Origin: Candidatus Thorarchaeota archaeon
GTDB taxonomy: Archaea > Asgardarchaeota > Heimdallarchaeia > Hodarchaeales > Hodarchaeaceae
Direction of reading: 5' to 3'
Length of the DNA: 32,000 nucleotides
Assembly (NCBI GenBank): GCA_048882505.1
Contig: JBHLRO010000015.1
Span: 29,696-61,695 of the forward strand
Position numbers and translations under genes: made by a program. The notes below the pieces were generated by a model that saw only the letters and a list, made by a program, of their open reading frames with translations, made no database searches and was not told the origin of the DNA. Numbering within the stretch: the stretch's first letter is position 1; each line of letters opens with the position of its first letter. Positions 27,201-32,000 of this stretch are shown piece after piece.

Positions 27201-27471
27201 TCGGTACGGCTCCTGCATAGCCACCAGTACCCTTTCCACGGGGGATTAGAGGGATATTGTAAGTACGTGCTATTTCCACAGAATGTAGGATATCTTCTAG
27301 ACTTTCAATTCGTATCACCGCATCTGGTGTTGTTTTCAAAAATTTTAAGATGGGTGACGGCAAAACTGCCACATCATGGCTGTTAACCATGCGTTCTACT
27401 TTATCAAAAGAAATTTTGTTGTTAAAAGTTTCTTTCAACTTGGGAATAATGGCGGATTTCATGAGGATCAA
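24268..27471 (-). CDS. FAD-binding and Fe-S oxidoreductase (GlcD-GlcF-like fusion; alpha-hydroxy acid dehydrogenase-like)
   Basis: PRGKGTG..AG FAD-binding PCMH domain, GLEGTTG, DP..LLNPGK, two 4Fe-4S motifs (CAQCGYCQQVC; CTTCNRCEQPGVC), CCG domains (GC/CCG/CPGC; HDSC/CCG/CPCC), and a Met-rich tail. TTG at 27471 or ATG at 27462. Confidence 0.9.
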   Translation of the reverse strand: MILMKSAIIPKLKETFNNKISFDKVERMVNSHDVAVLPSPILKFLKTTPDAVIRIESLEDILHSVEIARTYNIPLIPRGKGTGGYAGAVPINKGLVLNFGWFRRILRVDSESKLVTVEPGIVWKNLEYELEKHNLALKMYPTSAPGSSVGGFFAMGGSGVGSYENGSFLNVVESIEVVHLDGSIKTVSGEDLKYYYGLEGTTGLVSKITLRVENKHDIIPLAFGVPTAKGLQEVLMALPEGDFPIWHVSFLTPNYLHLKNLAMKEQAERAAEHSHGDPDYLGPVLLPEEGYFILIAVKGHDLESIESNLDTLFRKYGGIRYSQEIATHEWDERYYMMRIKRLGPTLVPSEGISQTSKLAEVLSLSEKQLKGIAIEGIMSTPDESVLLTFNLGDERSWGYSLSFSKSLRFLRILKKRGGRAYGTGLYFVSEAPNIFGKDLVDNLKAFKIENDPNNLLNPGKVLFPKARTLRLAMFMANFPIIRSFLTPMEIVTRKLRGRRRAKYIPDDLVWEAFTCAQCGYCQQVCTIFEGRRLEKASPRGKFYYLKQLAKGKAEMTDEMAAEFLLCTTCNRCEQPGVCQLDINIQSLWDEMRGVLIENKNCATFPAFHMMAGGIVTGNNIWAHDPAHRDDWIPAEALENVGKQAELGYWSGCTASFVEPNIAHGAVTIMKKGGLDFTLLGKEENCCGVPSLMAGLWDVWEDTMEKNIRTIYGQGIRNLVISCPGCFAAMAHYYPAFTEKMSDKKPELKKMWEEIELTHISKITDELIQEGKIKLTNERNKKVTWHDSCHLLRPSDYYENPRNVLQAVPGVEFREMEHNREKSLCCGSVLTRIGSWDASNDIAKIKLTEAIDSGAEEVYATCPCCEFQMRVGADKNNIDLPIRDMTDIVLESMGENPLTDPTATVLHVWNEVFEPAILLMTPEGLNEMMAHLLPEMMESMPGLFKTMFKLMRVTRLSYVMSPIMGLMGKLPFIMPTMFKMMLPGMLPKMLPQIKEYMSITIPGMAKYPQMQDRMDYILPYTMEKLLPTMLPKMMSNLKPMAVKGMQAHMKGKLEPLGSFRSTAVPIRA

Positions 27472-27795
27472 TCTCTGGAATTGTTTACATTAGTTACAAT
27501 AGTTGCATCTGAAATTTTGGTAAAATGCATAAGCATCGTTGATTTCAGACCTAAGAATGCTCAAGTAAATATGGTCAGCAATCTTTTAAATAGATTGGCA
27601 CTTTCGCCACTTAATCATTGAATAGCTGTCAATTCCGCCAGTCGATGAAAGATTCTTCTATAAAATAATGATATTGTAGAGGGACCTTCACAAGACTCCA
27701 AAAAAGGGGCGTAGTCCCCAAAAGTACATTTCTAGGGAATCGTGGAGAATGAATTCCCAGAATTTTTAATATTTTAAACCGAAAATCCGAGATAC

Positions 27796-28203
27796 CTAAT
27801 CCTCGGTCCAAACCATAATTAAAAAACTACCAACGATTAAGATTACAAGCGGTATTAGTAGAATAAAAATTTCTGGGATTGTTGTTTCGTCAAACGGTTT
27901 GTTGGTTGTTACAAGATCTATAGGATAGAGTATTAGTTCCAAGATCGAACCCAATAAAGAAACCAAAAACGTTAAGGAGGCAAGGAATACATCAGCGGGG
28001 AAAAAACCTGTCGAATCTATATCTTGAGGCCTGACAACAACGAAACCTCCGAGAATAACCCACATCAGTAATACTAGGAGAGCACTCTTAAATTCTACAA
28101 TCAATGAGACTAGTTCTGACAAGCTGCGACGGAGTTTGGCCAGAAATGGCCTTATGTATATACTCATCCTACTGGAAAATCTGCTCTCTGACAAAACTGT
28201 CAT
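27796..28203 (-). CDS. Small membrane protein (about 3 TM), coupled to the ABC permease
   Basis: Three hydrophobic segments; ATGA 4-bp overlap with the permease stop at 28200-28203. Confidence 0.7.
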   Translation of the reverse strand: MTVLSESRFSSRMSIYIRPFLAKLRRSLSELVSLIVEFKSALLVLLMWVILGGFVVVRPQDIDSTGFFPADVFLASLTFLVSLLGSILELILYPIDLVTTNKPFDETTIPEIFILLIPLVILIVGSFLIMVWTED

Positions 28204-30302
28204 CCTCCAAAAGCTGTCCCTGTTCTCTCACCTAAAAGCCTTTGAGTAATAGCCATACCTATAGTAGCAACCAATAATTGAACTAATCCCATAACACCTG
28301 ATATCAGGAAATCCCCATCTTGAATCCTGTCATAAAGGCCTTTTGTTAGAGGTTTAGATAAACTTGAACGGGGTAAAAACGGAAATGGCTCGAACGGGTG
28401 CTTTATTGGAGTTAAAACGATCGAAGTGGAGACCTCTGTAAAGCTCGTGATGAATGACAAAATTCCTCCAGCTAATACTCCACTAGCCATTAAAGGTATA
28501 GTAACGCGGCGCAGAGTGGTAGCTGTTGTTGCTCCCAAATTGTGGGCGACTTCTTCTAAGGATACGTGTACTTGTCGAAGCATAGCTGTTGAAGATTGTA
28601 CTGCGTAAGGCATTCGCCGCATAGCATAAGAAAAGACGAATACGAACCAAAAGGAGGTAAAACGAAAAGCAAATGGACTGTCAGGAATACCCTCACGAAG
28701 TGATTGACGTAATAGATTGGTTATGAGACCTAAAATTGGAATATAATCCAGGTCAGCAGGGATTAACCCCCAAATGCCGTTCAATGCCGTTGGGGTATCG
28801 AAAAAGGCCACATAACCTATGGCTAACACAATACCTGGGATCGCAAAGGGCATTGTAGCAAATATCTCCAAACATCTTAGATTTAACGTTGTCCCTATGA
28901 AAAAAAACCCGATAGCCACGATTATTGCGGGCGTAAGCATCAAAACTAGCTTTTCGGATCCTGGCGTGACCTTCGCTGACAACTGGGCCCCTAAAATCAA
29001 TCCGATGTATCCACCGATAACGGCCATAATCACACTTATCCCCTTTAGATTCTTTTTTCGAACAATTAGATACGATACAATTATTCCAACGACAATCGTA
29101 AGAATCATCGCCAAGGCGGAATAGATTAATGAATTCCATATCATTCCCATAATTTCGGTGCTTTCCAAAATTTGGGTAATCCCATCTAAGGTCCATAATG
29201 TAGGAATGTATTCGCCAATTTTTATTCTCTCCACAAAAGCAACGAGAATAATTCCTATATGCGGAAGTAAAGAAATAACGAAAAGAGTTGTTAAAACCAA
29301 ATAAATGAGGAGTACTTTTCCTCTGGAAGCTTGTTTCATCATTCTGGCTTGTTCCATTCCAGATACTTTTTCTGGTGAATAATCCCTCATGCCCACGACT
29401 TTTGATGCAAAGATCAAAGCTATCAAGCTGATAAAGAGTATGATTATGATTAATGCATAAGCTCCCTCAACATAGGCTTCTTGAGTCTCAATGAGATCTC
29501 TAAAAGCTACAAAAGGTGCATATTCAAAGAAATCCAAGACAATAGGAGTTCCTAGATCGCTTATAGACCACATGAATACCAGGACGGCACCTGCAACAAA
29601 TCCTGGAGTAATTAAAGGGAGTATAATCTGTCGATATAGACTCACGCCAAAGCTTCCTAGATTGCGAGCTTGTTCTTCCTGCGCCGGATCAATCTTGCTA
29701 TATGATGCGGACGCATTGAGAAAAATAAGCGGCCAGAGGTGTAACGATTGCATGAAAATAATTCCCCATATGGATTTTCCTAGAAAGTCAGGAAGACCAG
29801 GAATAAACCAAGGGAGCGTATCATCTTGAAAGAAATTTGATACAACGCCGTTTCGATCCAATAATCGACTTAAAGCAAATGCTCCGACAAAGGGAGGACT
29901 TACTAAAGGTAAAATAGTTAATACTTGAAAAAATCTTTTTCCTCTAAACTTATACCTGCTAAAAATTACAGTAACAGTGAGTCCAATGACACTAGTTATG
30001 ATTGTAGTTGTTAATCCAGCAAAAAGCGCATTTATCAGACTCAGACGATAAAAATCATTTTCGAAACAATATATAAAATGCCTAAAGAAATCTAACGGGT
30101 TGGCGGGATCTAGATCGCTAAAATTAAAGGCCGCAACTGAAACATTAAGTATTGGTAAAAACATGAAAACACTAAAGATTATCATAAGGATGGTGAAAAT
30201 GCTGAGCGATCCTAGCTCATATTGGGAGAAAAATGTTCGAGTTTTTTGTCGTATTCCAGGTGTTATCTTTTCTTGCTTCGCTGTTACAGCGGATACCATC
30301 AA
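28200..30302 (-). CDS. ABC transporter permease, FbpB/ThiP/AfuB family (two fused BPD_transp_1 modules)
   Basis: LPLVSPPFVGA, IDPAQEEQARNLG (EAA 1), MPFAIPGIVLAIG, RRMPY, SLEEVAHNLG (EAA 2); more than 12 hydrophobic segments. Confidence 0.93.
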   Translation of the reverse strand: MMVSAVTAKQEKITPGIRQKTRTFFSQYELGSLSIFTILMIIFSVFMFLPILNVSVAAFNFSDLDPANPLDFFRHFIYCFENDFYRLSLINALFAGLTTTIITSVIGLTVTVIFSRYKFRGKRFFQVLTILPLVSPPFVGAFALSRLLDRNGVVSNFFQDDTLPWFIPGLPDFLGKSIWGIIFMQSLHLWPLIFLNASASYSKIDPAQEEQARNLGSFGVSLYRQIILPLITPGFVAGAVLVFMWSISDLGTPIVLDFFEYAPFVAFRDLIETQEAYVEGAYALIIIILFISLIALIFASKVVGMRDYSPEKVSGMEQARMMKQASRGKVLLIYLVLTTLFVISLLPHIGIILVAFVERIKIGEYIPTLWTLDGITQILESTEIMGMIWNSLIYSALAMILTIVVGIIVSYLIVRKKNLKGISVIMAVIGGYIGLILGAQLSAKVTPGSEKLVLMLTPAIIVAIGFFFIGTTLNLRCLEIFATMPFAIPGIVLAIGYVAFFDTPTALNGIWGLIPADLDYIPILGLITNLLRQSLREGIPDSPFAFRFTSFWFVFVFSYAMRRMPYAVQSSTAMLRQVHVSLEEVAHNLGATTATTLRRVTIPLMASGVLAGGILSFITSFTEVSTSIVLTPIKHPFEPFPFLPRSSLSKPLTKGLYDRIQDGDFLISGVMGLVQLLVATIGMAITQRLLGERTGTAFGG

Positions 30303-30439
30303 AATCCCTTCAATTGAATTAAATTGATTCAGAAAACTTCAATTCAAATATTTTCGTAGCATTCATTTCAAACACGCTACCAACCATTGGATCAGAAGAT
30401 CCCAACAGAAGAAAAACATCAATATTCATTCAAAGAATC

Positions 30440-30457
30440 AAAAAAAAAAGGAAAAAA
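30440..30457 (-). terminator. Oligo-U tract (candidate archaeal terminator) after the binding-protein gene
   Basis: The minus strand reads T6-CC-T10 about 50-70 nt downstream of the stop at 30509. Confidence 0.5.
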
Positions 30458-30508
30458 GGGGGGATAGCCAGAGTCAAGAGAGAAACAGGTTATAGGGGAG
30501 ATCTATAT

Positions 30509-31996
30509 CTATTTTCTCTTTCGTCGGGATACAACCATGGCACCGAAGACTAACAGCAAAAGGATGGCTTCAAAGCCTGGACTTGGTCCTCCAGTTGTCG
30601 TAGTGGTGGTTGTAGTTTGGATTGGATTGCCATAGTCTTTTGGTGCTTCTGTCTTTGCGGCATCGAAATTGGCTGCACCTTCAGAGGCCCAAAGACCTGT
30701 TACAGCTGAGTCATGATAATCCAAGGAAAGTAGATCACCAAAAGTACCATCGAAGTTCGATGGTAATTTCGTGTACATTGCGAGTGCATTATCTCGTGCT
30801 GTAGCGTCGGTGGCTTTTCCAATCGCATCATAGGCATCGGCTGCTTTTTGGGCATTGTCTCCCAATACAAACCAGTTGGCAAAGAGTTCTCTTGCCCTGG
30901 AGTGAATTGCGCCATCGATGGAAACATTGAATGGATCAATTAGTGGAAATGCTGGATTTATATTTCCAGAAGCATCCCAAGCTCTGGGGATCCGGTTACT
31001 TTCCGGTACTGCTTCCTTATTGGCAGGAATTCGATATTTGCCCACTTTTGCTTGCCCTTCTGTACTGGTCACATAATCAACGAATCGCTGTGCCTGAGTC
31101 GGATTGGGGGCACCCGTAAGGACTGCAATAGGATCAGGACTGAAGGTGGAAGCGCCTCCATAATTGAATCCTAAAACATTACTCAGAGCAATGTAATCCC
31201 AGGCAAAATAATCGATGGTAAGAGCAATTCCATATGTTCCTTCAAATACACTAGCTGGCGGCTTTGAGCTGCCCACTGTAAATTCTCCCATGTTACCTGC
31301 TATTTTCGCCCAAAGACTCCATCCTTCTGACGAATTGCCATCAGGAGTTATAGCAGCGCTATCTGCCTGGGTGTTAAATTCCTGAAGAATCATTTTTATG
31401 GAGGCTGTGGTTGATCCACTAGTTTGCGGGTTCGCCATGGTGATGTGCCCTTTATAGGAGTGATCGGCTAGATCTTCCCACGACGTGGGAATTTCCAATC
31501 CTTCCGCTTCTAGGTATTCTGTGTTATACATGATGCCAAATCCAGATATCGCCGCGGCATACCAGACGGGCTGGTTTGGCGTATCACCTGAATCATCTTT
31601 CAGATGCCACCCAGACAAGAATGCGGAAATATTACCGTCTTCTGTTACGTTATAGGGTTCTAAAAGACCTCCTTCTTGGCGCCTCTGCTCAAATTCAAAC
31701 TCGCCACCACCCCACCAAACGTCAGCAAGTGGAGTACCACCCCAAGCCGAAACTTGTGTTGAAGAAGCGGAGGAGTCCTTTTCTATTGTATCGACAGTGA
31801 TTTCGACCGCGAATGTATCGTTATACCATTTTCGAAAAGCACTGATTACATGCCCTGCAAAATCTGCAGAGTGTGGATGTATAATAGTGAGAGAATCCAC
31901 AGCAGGAGCAGCAGGAGCAGCTGAGCTGTTGCTCATTGGTAAAAGTAATCCCAAGAGCATGAATCCAAGCAAAACGCCTGAAGCATATTTTTTCAT
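30509..31996 (-). CDS. ABC transporter extracellular solute-binding protein (AfuA/FbpA-like) with C-terminal PGF-CTERM-like anchor
   Basis: Signal peptide MKK+hydrophobic without a lipobox Cys; ADVWWGGG, GIMYN, NPQTSGS, PDPIAVL, FVDYV.S.EGQ; tail T8-GGPSPGF-hydrophobic helix-RRKRK. Confidence 0.92.
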   Translation of the reverse strand: MKKYASGVLLGFMLLGLLLPMSNSSAAPAAPAVDSLTIIHPHSADFAGHVISAFRKWYNDTFAVEITVDTIEKDSSASSTQVSAWGGTPLADVWWGGGEFEFEQRRQEGGLLEPYNVTEDGNISAFLSGWHLKDDSGDTPNQPVWYAAAISGFGIMYNTEYLEAEGLEIPTSWEDLADHSYKGHITMANPQTSGSTTASIKMILQEFNTQADSAAITPDGNSSEGWSLWAKIAGNMGEFTVGSSKPPASVFEGTYGIALTIDYFAWDYIALSNVLGFNYGGASTFSPDPIAVLTGAPNPTQAQRFVDYVTSTEGQAKVGKYRIPANKEAVPESNRIPRAWDASGNINPAFPLIDPFNVSIDGAIHSRARELFANWFVLGDNAQKAADAYDAIGKATDATARDNALAMYTKLPSNFDGTFGDLLSLDYHDSAVTGLWASEGAANFDAAKTEAPKDYGNPIQTTTTTTTTGGPSPGFEAILLLLVFGAMVVSRRKRK

Positions 31997-32000
31997 CTGT

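Noticed and set aside
28200-30500. AT-richer appearance of the permease region suggesting horizontal transfer
   Set aside because: Explained by Ile/Phe/Leu-rich membrane-protein codons; no integrase, transposase or flanking repeats seen, and composition was not computed.
503-31800. The many 60-161 aa ORFs nested in or antisense to long genes (e.g. 3556-3912, 14846-15181, 21500-21985, 28753-29196)
   Set aside because: They lie within genes with clear family motifs and show no independent coding signal.
1-32000. CRISPR arrays, IS elements, rRNA/tRNA genes
   Set aside because: No regularly spaced repeats, transposase motifs or structural RNA signatures were seen by eye; short or divergent ncRNAs cannot be excluded without Infernal/tRNAscan.

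Overview
Archaeal chromosomal window. The domain call rests on GatDE, RadA, a PolD DP2-family gene, archaeal RqcH, archaeal-type pilin leaders and a PGF-CTERM-like sorting signal; an Asgard/Heimdallarchaeia-like origin is my impression only. Order: gatE (5'-partial)-gatD, two hypotheticals, rqcH, and a CBS/Zn-ribbon gene. Then comes a minus-strand type IV pilus-like locus (2 pilin-like genes, ATPase, 2 TadC/FlaJ-like membrane proteins, a coiled-coil protein, 3 more pilin-like genes). It ends in a translationally coupled, full-length DP2 (PolD large subunit) homolog whose first catalytic Asp is replaced by Asn (RRNCDGDED -> TRNCNGDVD). radA is transcribed divergently from this locus and is followed by a rubredoxin missed by the ORF track (no ATG/GTG/TTG in frame; candidate ACG start). 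The rest holds an amidohydrolase plus HAD phosphatase divergent from an NMP-kinase-like/nucleotide N-hydrolase fusion, an Lrp/AsnC regulator, a FAD/Fe-S oxidoreductase with a Met-rich tail, and an ABC permease plus binding protein. The lead hypothesis (inference) is a pilus-linked DNA-uptake/recombination system that has co-opted an inactivated DNA polymerase subunit. I saw no rRNA, tRNA, CRISPR array or mobile element. All family calls come from motif recognition, not database searches.
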